Assembly (NCBI GenBank): GCA_964019335.1
Contig: OZ025756.1
Span: 62,001 to 126,000 of the forward strand
Length of the DNA: 64,000 bases
Source of the DNA: Diplonema japonicum
Lineage: Eukaryota > Protista > Euglenozoa: Diplonemea
Reading direction: 5' to 3'
The number at the start of each line of letters is the position of its first letter. The stretch's first letter is position 1. The notes beneath the pieces were generated by a model, which worked only from the letters and a program-made list of their open reading frames with translations, did no database searches and was not told the origin of the DNA. This document shows positions 1-10,201 of the stretch, piece after piece. Made by a program: the position numbers and the translations under genes.

Positions 1-277
1 GGTCAAAACAAAACACCGCCAAAATCCCCGTAAAAATAAGTATCATGATTAAAGACCGCCGGAGGGCACGTTCAATCACAAGCTGCGCAAAAATAATACA
101 CGACACGAGCAAAGGCATCATCACAAATAGATACATGATGCCCGAAAGCCCGAGTGCGACCGATAAGCCGTACCCAAGAATGCCATGAAAAGCGAGGACC
201 AGCATTACCTTTTTGCTGAAGGCGGTCACCGTGTCATCGGTGGGTCGGATCACGTACGAAAACAGCCAATTCCACAT
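1..277 (-). CDS. 5' part of a multi-TM nucleotide cyclase family paralogue (runs off the window start)
   Basis: Not in the ORF track. ATG at 277 reads MWNWLFSYVIRPTDDTVTAFSKKVMLV...QLVIERALR, matching the N-termini of the paralogues starting at 39800 (WLFSYIIRPTDDRVTVFNKK), 31511 and 37406. Confidence 0.85.
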   Translation of the reverse strand, partial: MWNWLFSYVIRPTDDTVTAFSKKVMLVLAFHGILGYGLSVALGLSGIMYLFVMMPLLVSCIIFAQLVIERALRRSLIMILIFTGILAVFCFD

Positions 278-421
278 TTTTTTTTCAACTCCTTTGGGTG
301 AGGGTAAAAAAAAAAGGGGGGGGGAGCGAACAGTTCCTTCCCAAGAGCTAGAGAGAAAGAAAAAAAAGGGAGAAGAACAAAAACATCTGGGCCCGCACTT
401 GGAAAAGTGCGGCACTGATGT

Positions 422-2557
422 CTACTTGTGAAATGACATAACGGAACACAGATCAGCAGAAAGCCCGATCGCCAGACGGTTCAATGCGGCCCCATCAGGG
501 GCGGTGCATGTCAAGCTTTCGGTAATGACAAGACCCTCTATCTCAGAGATCTTAAAAGGTGAAGCGTGAAAACACAGAATATCACATGATAAGGCGTGGC
601 TGCACATTTCAGCGCCCATCACCACGCAAGTTCCGAGAACAGATACAAACTTCTGGTTTCTCCTCCCCACTGTCCCAAAGACTATGCTACCGGTTGAGAG
701 CCCAATGTGGAACTTTATATCCCTTCCTTCATCAGAAGAAGGGACACCAACCATCCGCACAAATACCAGCGAGTTTTCAACATGTGTTGGACAGGGTTTA
801 AGCCCATTCCAGCACACCGCCATTCTGTTCCCTTGAAGCGACACAACTGCTCCGTGTGACCTCTCCGTGCACGTTAGTATCTTTGCTATCCCGTTATTTA
901 ACGTGTTGCCCATCTCCGACTCTACATCACTCATCTTTATCTCCACCGCCCCCACGGAAGCACATGAGCAGCGAGTCAGTACTTCATGCATAGGAGAGCC
1001 TTGCCCTGAGTGGTTGCTTCGGTTATGCGGGCTTAGATGGAGAGAAGTCGTGCTATTCCTCTTGCCTAGGTAGTCAACTATCAGTTTCCTGTCCTCTCGT
1101 TTCAGAAGAAGCTGCTCCTCCACAAAGAACCTCCTCCCTTGAAGTGAATGAGGGAGAAGAAGGAACGGTTGCGTTTTATCACCCACACCCTTCAGTTCGA
1201 TCTCCCCCATTGGGATGATGGACACAGAGTCAACTAGGGGGCCAACAGCCTCCATCACCTCAGGAGTGACAGCAACAGCCCCACCCACACAAGCCCCTTC
1301 CATCCGAGCAGCCTTGTTCACAGTGTTCCCAAAGTAGTCGTACCTCCCTGTCAGGGTGTTCAGTTGAACAGAAACCTCACCACAGTGAACACCGATGCGA
1401 ACACGAAGGCCGCACCAAGGGCCGCTCTGGTTCCAAGCACAACTGTCGAGTTCCAGGAGTTCCTCAGGCCACACGCTTTCAAGAAGCCTCTCCTGAACAG
1501 ACAGACCGAACTGTACCGCATCAGAAGCACACTCGAAGGCCACCATGAAGGAGTCCCCAATGGTCTTCACCTCGTACCCATTGTGCTCAGACATGCACTC
1601 ACGCACCGTTTTGTTATGAACCTGAAGTCCCTCTTTCATCCCTTCTGGACATGCCTCCCATATTGCCGTCGATCCTTGGATGTCGGTGAAGAGGATGGTC
1701 GGCGTCTGGCCCCGCAACCCAGGAACAGGGATGTCCTTACGCTGTTCTTGAAACTCACTGTGGAGATCTTGGAAGAGAGAGTCGGGGAGGTAAGGGCGGT
1801 ACATGTGAAGGTTTAAGAGTATTCTGCTAAGAGCATCGTAAAGGGGAGGGGGGAGGGAGGCGGTTGAGATGATCTTTTCAGCGGAGGCGAGGTCGAAGCA
1901 TGAGATGGAGGTCGCGATCTGCTCCACAGCAGCGATGGATCGGTTTAGCTTGTCGTGCTTTTTTCGGACTCCCTGCTCGAACCACTTCGTGATGTAGAAG
2001 TGCCACGCAAGCATGGCAAGCTGTGAACCGGAAATGTAAAGTGCGTGCGGGTAGGTCCGTCCGCAGGGGAGTTCGGAGCAGGTGACAGCATCGCGGCGTT
2101 CTTGTTGCGATGCAAGGAAGGGGAGATCGTAAAGACCAAAACGAAATGCACTCTCTGAGGCAACAATCACAAGCCACAACATGCTTGAGATCACGATAAG
2201 TCGCACAACCCTGTATGGTAATCTGCATAACAAGCAAAGGTCGATGAGGACAACAGCCACGTACCAATACCGTTCCCCCTCATTGACTATCGAGAGCAAA
2301 TCCACCAACAGCGCTCCAAACGCGTAGAAGTATATAACCCACTCTGTGAGCAACGGCCGGAACCTCTTCTCCAGCAAAAGCTGTGCAGCTTGCACGACTG
2401 CCACGGCCAACGCAGGGATCATCAACCACGATGAAAAACTATTTACCGCTGCGGAAATAAGCTGGAACGTGAAAGCGGTCACTGACGCGCCAACCAGTGC
2501 TTGCTTTGCAAAGGCCGTGGCGTGGTCGTCCGAAGGGCGCACCACACTGAGTATCAT
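422..2557 (-). CDS. Multi-TM class III adenylyl cyclase (complete catalytic domain plus degenerate second cyclase-like domain)
   Basis: Hydrophobic N-terminal third. Catalytic motifs ILFTDIQGST, EVKTIGDSFM, GLRVRIGVHCG and YDYFGNTVNKAARME are intact; the K and D specificity residues indicate ATP. Confidence 0.9.
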   Translation of the reverse strand: MILSVVRPSDDHATAFAKQALVGASVTAFTFQLISAAVNSFSSWLMIPALAVAVVQAAQLLLEKRFRPLLTEWVIYFYAFGALLVDLLSIVNEGERYWYVAVVLIDLCLLCRLPYRVVRLIVISSMLWLVIVASESAFRFGLYDLPFLASQQERRDAVTCSELPCGRTYPHALYISGSQLAMLAWHFYITKWFEQGVRKKHDKLNRSIAAVEQIATSISCFDLASAEKIISTASLPPPLYDALSRILLNLHMYRPYLPDSLFQDLHSEFQEQRKDIPVPGLRGQTPTILFTDIQGSTAIWEACPEGMKEGLQVHNKTVRECMSEHNGYEVKTIGDSFMVAFECASDAVQFGLSVQERLLESVWPEELLELDSCAWNQSGPWCGLRVRIGVHCGEVSVQLNTLTGRYDYFGNTVNKAARMEGACVGGAVAVTPEVMEAVGPLVDSVSIIPMGEIELKGVGDKTQPFLLLPHSLQGRRFFVEEQLLLKREDRKLIVDYLGKRNSTTSLHLSPHNRSNHSGQGSPMHEVLTRCSCASVGAVEIKMSDVESEMGNTLNNGIAKILTCTERSHGAVVSLQGNRMAVCWNGLKPCPTHVENSLVFVRMVGVPSSDEGRDIKFHIGLSTGSIVFGTVGRRNQKFVSVLGTCVVMGAEMCSHALSCDILCFHASPFKISEIEGLVITESLTCTAPDGAALNRLAIGLSADLCSVMSFHK

Positions 2558-3143
2558 TGAGTAATTTTTGTGAGGAATTATTCCCTATTGTATTTTTCTT
2601 CTCCCCACCCCTAGAAAAATTGCCAGCTTCCAACCCTTGGAGAAGGGGAGGAAAAAAAAAAAAAAGGGCGATGCGGTTCAGGTAGTCTGAGTGGCAGAGA
2701 CACAGGCACTGCTCAGTTCTGCTATCCTGGAACTGTCCGTTGCGGGAACTAGGAGCTGCTCTGATGGCCAGCCTGGCCCGGTTCGTCCCTCTTCAAGCTC
2801 TGTGTCGACGAGTCTTGCGACAAGCCTGCACTGAGCACACCGGACTAACCAGGACAGAACATCAGCACAGCACACTGCGCCTCCGATCCCCACACAGGAA
2901 CGACCCAGTTCCACATCGTCACTTGCCCCCCCAAAGCTGGGTGTTTCAGGATGCTGCCTACACACCCCGGCTGATAAACTCAATCCGTCCCAAAAGGGGG
3001 GTCGGTGTTATTCCCTCCAAAAGTGACAAGGTCACAGGGTCTGGATTCGAACCTGATATCCAAAGACTGGCTTAATCTCTTCAGCAACTCTCCTGGACTG
3101 TTGTATCTGCAACAGGGGGATAATCCTTATGACCCAGGGGATG

Positions 3144-4040
3144 TTACTGCATTTTTCTGTCACGGCCACCATTGCTCTTTCTGTACGGGTGGCACAGTGC
3201 TAGTGCGATCGTGAAGTTGACAAGCAGGATCGCGAGGGAGTACCTGAGGCAGCGCGAAGACAGCGTGATCTCTGAGCCGTCTTTTATCGTCTGTTCGATG
3301 ATGTCGCCTTCTGCCAGCAGGCCGCACGCTTCAGCCGCCGCTCTGAAGCTGTCGTGTTGCAACCCGTTGATGCAGCGAAGGTCTTTGAAGGAGGTGACCC
3401 CGGGGATACATGTCAGCATCGCACGAAGACACTGCACCTCCGGGTCCTTCGCAGCCGACCCCAAGAGGAGAGACACCCGCCTTGGACCGAGCCCGCGCGA
3501 GATGCTCGAGGACCTCGTTCTTATTTTTGTCCTCATCAGCAGGGGCCTTGCTGATCTTGAGCTCTGCGCGCTCCTCTTCCTTGAAGAAATACTTGAACAG
3601 GTATTTGATCAATTTGAAGTCCCCAACAGGATCGACGTTCACCTGGGAGCGGACGAGGGAGGGGTTGTACGCCACGACGTACTGGTTACTCCGGCAGCTG
3701 AAGTGCACTGCAGAATACCCGCCGGTCTTGCATGCGAACTCCTCTTGCTTCTTCGTAACCTTGGTCCTTTTCGGGCGACTGTACGACTGGTGCTCTTCGC
3801 AAACAGTGGTGTCCGAGAAAGGCGGAGGTCTGTGTCTCTGCATCCGGCAGCCGCGCCGACACGGTCATGTCCAGCACATCCGGTACGCGAGCTTGTAGAG
3901 AACCACTTCGTGCACACGGCATGCGACAAGGTCCGGAATGCCCAGTGCAGGGTGCCACGAAGAACGCACCATGCGCTGCAAGCAAAAGGTTATCCGAAGC
4001 CTTTCTTGGACACCACTGTTTGCGAAGAGCACCAGTCGAG
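3144..4040. mobile_element. Helitron Rep/helicase relic, frameshifted and internally inverted
   Basis: Minus strand encodes NQYVVAYNPSL...VNVDPVGDFKLIKYLFKYFFK and LRAMLTCIPGVTSFKDLRCINGLQHDSFRAAAEACGLL. Plus strand 3860-4040 encodes HPVRELVENHFVHTAC...KGYPKPF. All are recognisable Helitron RepHel motifs. Confidence 0.8.
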
Positions 4041-4455
4041 CACTTCAGCTGCCGGAGTTTTTATCTCAAAAAAGATGAAGGCAAGAACCTCCAAATGTGT
4101 ATTTCAATTTTACACAAGCTGTAAGTGACCAGGTTGCACATTCTCCATCATGAAATGACGGAGGCAAACAAAGGTTGCAATCATCGCTGTGCTCATGCGG
4201 TGCAAGCCTGGCCTCTGTCATCATCCAGCTTTGGTCTTGTGCCGAAGTAAGTAATCTCCAACACGAATATACTCAAAAACAGATCCTGTGTAGAGTACAG
4301 TCTTGCCCTTCGTGAACCCTTCAAAACCCGATATCAGGATAACACAACCCTGCATCGAATACAGAGGATTATGCAGGAGAAGATTTTGAAAAACGGGGAA
4401 AAGCTGCACAACCTTGAATCGAACCAGCAACACCAAAATCATAAATATAAGCATA

Positions 4456-7400
4456 CTAAACAGCGTGTGTCAACGGCACTCTGTACCCGAGTGTGCGACG
4501 TTTTCCTGGACGGAACGACCAGCTTGGTACGGCAAGTGTTGAAAGCGGCAGAATTTGCGTTTCGCCTGTCACATTGCAGTGCACAGTTACATCGAGGATG
4601 CCTCCAGGGGGGGAAGACAACACCGCATTCCGAAATCCAACGAGCGTGGAAACGCTCTTGTAATTCACATGGGTGATAATATGGCTGATAGTAACACCTG
4701 CTAGGTCGGCCGGTCCATGTAAAGCCACACTGAAAACCTGAAGCCCTCCCTCACGCCTGAGCCGCCCTTCATGGTCAATAGTGTCGCCCGATCGTAAGTG
4801 TATTCCTTCCGTCACTTCCAATCCAAGGTACACCGACATTGTCTTGAACGCTGTGTCTTCGCGTTCCTCAGATCTGTCGGCAAGGATCATCACCAGTTCG
4901 TCGTCCTGGAGAGCCTCTATCTCGTCACGCTCTTCGTGTTCCTTGCTTTGCAAGTTCTCGTAAAAATTCCTTCGCACCACGACACCCTTGAACACAGACA
5001 ATGAAGCTTCATAGGTTTCCAGACATAACTTTCTCACATCGCACAAGTCTCGTCTCCACATGTCCCGTTCGTTGAGGAGCCACACAAGCGAGTCAACGCC
5101 CAAAGATAAGAAGTGCATCTCATCGAACTCGAGCCTGTTGGTATAATTGTTGAAATGAATCGTGTGGAAAGCGGTTTCATGCTCTTCGATGAGCTCCCTG
5201 GTGTACTGCTCGAGTTCGATGACGAACCGCTGCAAACCTGCTTGTCTTGTCTCTGCGGGTGTAGGATGAATGCGACGGTCGTTCCATCCTTGAAGAAGGT
5301 CCATCATGAACCATCGCAAGCTTCTCCACGCGGCGTCCTCTTCCCCGCTGATCTGCTGTCTCAGATCCGCTTCGCTCTCTGTTCGTGTCACAAGCCTCAG
5401 GTCCACTGTTATGACTCCGTCTGGTACTTGGCAGCCGCTTTCAACTTTGTACATTGCCTTTCTCGTTTGTGTTTGACAATCCATGATTGTCATCCTTCCC
5501 CGTTCTTCCTGTACAGAAAGTGCGTCGGACTTCATTGCCATGTTCAGCATATCTGTTCGTGCGATTTTCTCGTTCGACCTCTGCTGCAGCCGCGTCGTTT
5601 GCTCCCACAGAACAATGTTATTCATAGTTGTTACGGCCTTGGTACAGATGGATTCTTCTTTGCAAATTGCATCCCTGTCCTGTCCTTCTTCACACGTCAC
5701 GAGGTTGTACAAAAGATTGAAGACCGTCTCAGACTCGTCACACTGCACCTGGTTTCTGCCCCGTTCTTCTTCACGGGAAGCGTCCCTCATTGCCTGCAAG
5801 GCGTACCTGGTTTGCAGTGTGTGCAGCCTGTTATGCGCGGTTGTGAAGAGTTCCGAGAGATGGAATCGAACACTGGCCTCGTCGTCGGCCATTTGCAACC
5901 TCTGCTGCGTTTCGTCACAGCCCACTCTTTGTATCGTCTTCATAAGATGGCACATTTCCAACTTGAGCAGTTCTTGCAGCCTGGCTGCATGGTGCTCTCG
6001 AGCATCAGATTCACTGCTGAAAACCTGATTTCTGCCTCGTTCTTCGGTTTCCTTTACGTTTTCAACAGCCATTGTTGTGCGGTGTATAGAAGCAGCTTGC
6101 AGCAAACGCATTGTTTTTATATGGTGTTTGGATGCCTGGTTTCTGGTGTATTCTTCATCGTCGTGTATATGAAGCCTGCTTCGTGTCTCGTTGTGGGTGA
6201 CTTCTGCTGCAGCGGTTGAGCGGTGTCGTTCTTCGGTTTCCTGCAGCATGCCAAGCATTGCTTCTAAACAGTGGTGTGCCGCGTCGGCTTCACAGGAAGT
6301 CAGCCGCCTCCCTCGTTCTTCGCTACAAACGACTTCCGATGCTGCGTTTGAGAAGTGCCGTTCCTCTGCTGCTTGCAGCGAGCAGAGCATAGCAATGCGC
6401 TGCTCCAAGGCACTGTGTGCCATATTTGTTTCGTCAGCTGTAATCTGCAGCCTACCACGCTCTTCTTCACCGATAACTTCTGCTGCAGCTTTTGAAGCAT
6501 GGCTTTTTTCAAATTCCAGCATTCCCATTGCGGTCTCGTTCTCTGCGATCAGCTGCCTTGCCTGTTCCTCACGGTGAACGATATCTGTTACGGAATTTGA
6601 GATGTGGATGTTTAATGTGTTCAGCGTCGCTATTGACTGGAACGCTGCATCGGATTCGTTGTGTAGCAGCTGCCTTCCTTGTTCTTCGTTGATGATGGCT
6701 TCTGATGCAGAGTTTGAAAAGTGTTGTTCTTTTGTTGTTTGCAATAAGCAGAGCATAGTAACACGCTGCTCCAAGGCATCGCGTGCCGCATTGACCTCGT
6801 CGGCAACCAGCTGTCGGCCACGTTCTTCATTGCTAAAGATGTCCGAGGTTGCTCTTGAGGCATGGATTTTTTCAGACTCCAGCATTCCCAGAACGTGGCT
6901 CATTGCATCCTCGTTCTCTGTTACCAGCTGCCTTTCCCGCTCCTCATGGTGAACGATATCTGTTACGGAATTTGAGATGTGGAGCCAGTTTGCTTTCTGC
7001 AACGTGTTTAACATTGCGAGCACTGCATCGGACTCGTTGTTCACCAGCTGCCTCTCTTGTTCTTCATAACGAATAACCTCCGATGCTGTGGTTGAGAAGT
7101 GTTGTTCCGCTGCTGTCTGCCATGAGCAGAGCAGAGCAATACGCTGCTCCAAGGAACTGCGTGCGGCATTCGCCTCGTCGATGTTCTGCAGCCTGCCTCG
7201 TTCTTCTTCACCAACAACTTCTGCTGCAGCTCTTGAGGCAAAGGCCTTTTCAGATTCCAGCATTTCCAAAACGTGGCTCATTGCATCCTCGCTTTCTGCG
7301 ATCAGCTGCCTTGCCTGTTCCTCATGGTGAACGATATCTGTTACAGTATTTGAGATGTGAAGCTCGTTTGCTTTCTGCAACGTGTTCAGCATTGCGAACA

Positions 7401-8661
7401 CTGCATCGGACTCGTTGTTCACCAGCTGCCTCTCTTGTTCTTCATAACGAATAACCTCCGATGCTGTGGTTGAGAAGTGTTGTTCCGCTGCTGCTTGCAA
7501 CGAGCAGAGCAGAGAAATACGCTGCTCTAAGGTACCTCGTGCTGCATCGGATTCGTCGGCGACCAGCAGCCTGCCTCGCTCCTCGTCGCGTGCGGTGTTT
7601 ACTGCTGCATGTTGCCACCTTTGCATAGTCGTGTACAGGTCACCGGCACTGCGTCTTGAACCAGCTTCGTCGTTTTGGATATGATGCCTCCGCAGCTCCT
7701 CATCGCGAGCTGTCCGTTCAATTTCTACACAAGCACGGTGTTCCCAAGTGGTTTTCCGTGCGTCGGCTTCGTTGCTGCTAATGGACGCCCTGCTGTACTG
7801 CTCGTCAAGCAACATCGTGGCTGTTGTACGAGACACATATCTGAACAGCATGTTCAATGAGTCTATGCAGCACTTTCTGTTTTCAGTTTCGTCACGGCAG
7901 AGCCTGGTTCGAAGCTGACATTCAGCTATTTCAACCCCAACAAGGGAGGCGAAGGCATCTTGTTCATGTTCAATGGCATATCGTTCAAAGGGCTCCCTGT
8001 TGACGAACACATCAGGGAGGGAACTGCAAAGATGCAGGTAAGTTTGAATCTCAGACGCGAGGGGATGGACGGAAAGATCGGGAGGAGGGGGAACCGTTCC
8101 TGCGAAGTGGCCTAAAAAAGCGTTGGTGCGGGTCATGTCGTCAGATAGGCTTTGAAGGATATCTGCCATGTTGTCCAAGTCAAGGTGGTCTGTTTGCAAG
8201 GCTTTGAGGTGGTTTGCTGTTTCGTCTTCTAGATCCTTCTGTAGAATTCTTAGTGTGGTTAGTTCCATGTGGATCGCGCCCTCTCGTTCTGTAGAAGCAC
8301 GTAGTTGCTCCTTCAGGCGGTCGATCTCACGCGACATTATTGAGCAGCGTTCTTCGCTTGCGTTCATTTCTTTCTCAGAAAGCCGCTGCAGCTCGGTTTC
8401 CTTTTCGTTGTTCTCTTGTCGAAGGGCCTCCCTCTCCTCCGCTACTATTTCGAATTGTGTTCTCAATGCATCGATCTTGTCCCCCACTACCTGCAACACT
8501 CCTATCTGTTCCTCTGTGAGCCCTTTGGTGCAGAGCTCTGTCGTCCCCAGGTTCATGTATTCTACAAGACCTGCTTCGTCGTCTCTCAAGTCCTTTGTGC
8601 TAAGTAGTGCCTTGATCATGTTGCTCCCTCTTGAGCTGCGGTAAGAAGCTCGTGATGCCAT
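4456..8661 (-). CDS. Long coiled-coil repeat protein with C-terminal PDZ-like domain
   Basis: 1401-aa ORF of E/R/A-rich helical repeats (EEERGR...), including a 378-bp internal duplication (6901 vs 7279). C-terminal LGLEV...GLQVFSVALHGPADLAGV...IITHVN is a PDZ signature. Confidence 0.8.
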   Translation of the reverse strand: MASRASYRSSRGSNMIKALLSTKDLRDDEAGLVEYMNLGTTELCTKGLTEEQIGVLQVVGDKIDALRTQFEIVAEEREALRQENNEKETELQRLSEKEMNASEERCSIMSREIDRLKEQLRASTEREGAIHMELTTLRILQKDLEDETANHLKALQTDHLDLDNMADILQSLSDDMTRTNAFLGHFAGTVPPPPDLSVHPLASEIQTYLHLCSSLPDVFVNREPFERYAIEHEQDAFASLVGVEIAECQLRTRLCRDETENRKCCIDSLNMLFRYVSRTTATMLLDEQYSRASISSNEADARKTTWEHRACVEIERTARDEELRRHHIQNDEAGSRRSAGDLYTTMQRWQHAAVNTARDEERGRLLVADESDAARGTLEQRISLLCSLQAAAEQHFSTTASEVIRYEEQERQLVNNESDAVFAMLNTLQKANELHISNTVTDIVHHEEQARQLIAESEDAMSHVLEMLESEKAFASRAAAEVVGEEERGRLQNIDEANAARSSLEQRIALLCSWQTAAEQHFSTTASEVIRYEEQERQLVNNESDAVLAMLNTLQKANWLHISNSVTDIVHHEERERQLVTENEDAMSHVLGMLESEKIHASRATSDIFSNEERGRQLVADEVNAARDALEQRVTMLCLLQTTKEQHFSNSASEAIINEEQGRQLLHNESDAAFQSIATLNTLNIHISNSVTDIVHREEQARQLIAENETAMGMLEFEKSHASKAAAEVIGEEERGRLQITADETNMAHSALEQRIAMLCSLQAAEERHFSNAASEVVCSEERGRRLTSCEADAAHHCLEAMLGMLQETEERHRSTAAAEVTHNETRSRLHIHDDEEYTRNQASKHHIKTMRLLQAASIHRTTMAVENVKETEERGRNQVFSSESDAREHHAARLQELLKLEMCHLMKTIQRVGCDETQQRLQMADDEASVRFHLSELFTTAHNRLHTLQTRYALQAMRDASREEERGRNQVQCDESETVFNLLYNLVTCEEGQDRDAICKEESICTKAVTTMNNIVLWEQTTRLQQRSNEKIARTDMLNMAMKSDALSVQEERGRMTIMDCQTQTRKAMYKVESGCQVPDGVITVDLRLVTRTESEADLRQQISGEEDAAWRSLRWFMMDLLQGWNDRRIHPTPAETRQAGLQRFVIELEQYTRELIEEHETAFHTIHFNNYTNRLEFDEMHFLSLGVDSLVWLLNERDMWRRDLCDVRKLCLETYEASLSVFKGVVVRRNFYENLQSKEHEERDEIEALQDDELVMILADRSEEREDTAFKTMSVYLGLEVTEGIHLRSGDTIDHEGRLRREGGLQVFSVALHGPADLAGVTISHIITHVNYKSVSTLVGFRNAVLSSPPGGILDVTVHCNVTGETQILPLSTLAVPSWSFRPGKRRTLGYRVPLTHAV

Positions 8662-8991
8662 TTCCCCCTCTTTTTTTTTTTTTCTGTCGGGGAATTAAGA
8701 TGCATTTTTTTTATTATATTCTTGAAAGAAAGAAAGAAACAAAAGAAAAAAAGCAAGAGTTGTAGTGGAGGGGAAAAAAAAGGAAAAAAAAAAGAGAAAA
8801 AAAAAAGAAGAAGAAAAAGAATAACAAACATGGGGTAACGGTTTGTTGGGGGAATGCAACGCGCAACGTTTCCTGTTCTGCTTGTCAACTCTCTTCAAGA
8901 AAAAAAAAAAAAAGAGAATGCACAGGACGAGGAGGTGCTCTTCGTTTCCCTTTGCAACTGAAAAACCCATATCAAAAAGAGAGAGAAAAAG

Positions 8992-9023
<32 letters not shown>

Positions 9024-9044
9024 AAACACGAAGAAAAGAAAATC

Positions 9045-9195
9045 CAGGGGCGGTTTGGCTCGAAGAGTGGTGCTGACCTTCCACATCGTGCTGCCAGCAG
9101 CCTTCTCCGTGAACCATAGCGATGGAACTTCTCTTTTTACCATCAAACCATAAGCCACTTGAGGACGTTCTCCAAATGGAAGTCAGGACCGTGCC
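9045..9195 (-). mobile_element. Heavily deleted relic of non-LTR retrotransposon family 2
   Basis: Successive short blocks (tttggctcga..gagtggt; gctgaccttccaca; gccttctccgtga; agccacttgaggacgttct; gtcaggacc) match 41140-41480 in the same order. Confidence 0.75.
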
Positions 9196-10123
9196 GATAA
9201 AAAAAAGAAGGAAAAGAAAATAATTTTTTTGCTTTTTTTTTTTTGAACTGTTAAGGTAAGTTGTTGGGGGAAGAAAAAAAAAAGGTGGAGTACAAACTTT
9301 TGAACCCAAATTCGTAATGCTCAAAGTCCGTCTCGAGTCCTCAAAACGCTCAAAGTCACCCTCTTAGTTTTCAAATTTAGGTTAAAACAGTGAGCTTTTT
9401 TTTTACGTTGGTATTTTAGTAGGCTCATCATTTTGGTCCACCTTGCTTTCTTCTGTTACCCATTGTGAGGCCCGAAGACCTTAGCAGAGGGCTTTCCCTT
9501 TTTTTTTCTTTTTTTCTTTTTGTTACAAATATTTATTTATCTTTTAAAAAATTGAGTTCATAACAATATGCAACTTGTGCCGAGCAAAAAAAAAAATAAA
9601 ATAAAAAACATTCGCAGCCTTTTTTTTTTTTTGCTCGAACAACAAAGACATATAGTCACAAAGAATTTTTTTTTTTACCGTGTTGAAAGAGAGGGAATAG
9701 AATTATTCTATAAAAAGTTCGCTGTGGGGGGAGGGAGTCGGTTTTTTTTTTCTTTCTTTCTTTCTTTTTTTTAAAGTTCATGTTTTTTTTTTTTTTTTTT
9801 CAGTTCGCTTGGATGCAAAGCGGCTGAGGCTGGGGGGGGGGGGGGGGGGAGTGAATTGTAAATCATAGCTTTCCACGAATTTCGACAAAGGACAGTTTTG
9901 TTCCCGTCCCTCCGAAGAGGGCGTTCAGGATTTCGATAATCCCCCCCTCTTCGCTTTAAACCAAGTTAAAACATATGACACACTAGAAGCTGCAAAAATC
10001 GCAGTCTTCTTTTTCAAACATGGGGGGAGGGGAATTGAAATTGCGGGAAAACCCGTTTTTGATAATAGAGGGAAGACAAAATAATCGAGGAAAAAATTGA
10101 GGGAGATTGAGAGCTCCGAGCGA

Positions 10124-10180
<57 letters not shown>

Positions 10181-10201
10181 AGTGAACATAGGCCCCCTTC
10201 A

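Noticed and set aside
3172-4128. 318-aa plus-strand ORF as a gene
   Set aside because: Mostly antisense to Helitron coding sequence; only the inverted segment is sense.
8695-9324. Poly-Phe/poly-Lys ORFs here and throughout intergenic DNA
   Set aside because: Products of homopolymer runs that lack stop codons; they also falsely extend the 5' ends of several real ORFs.
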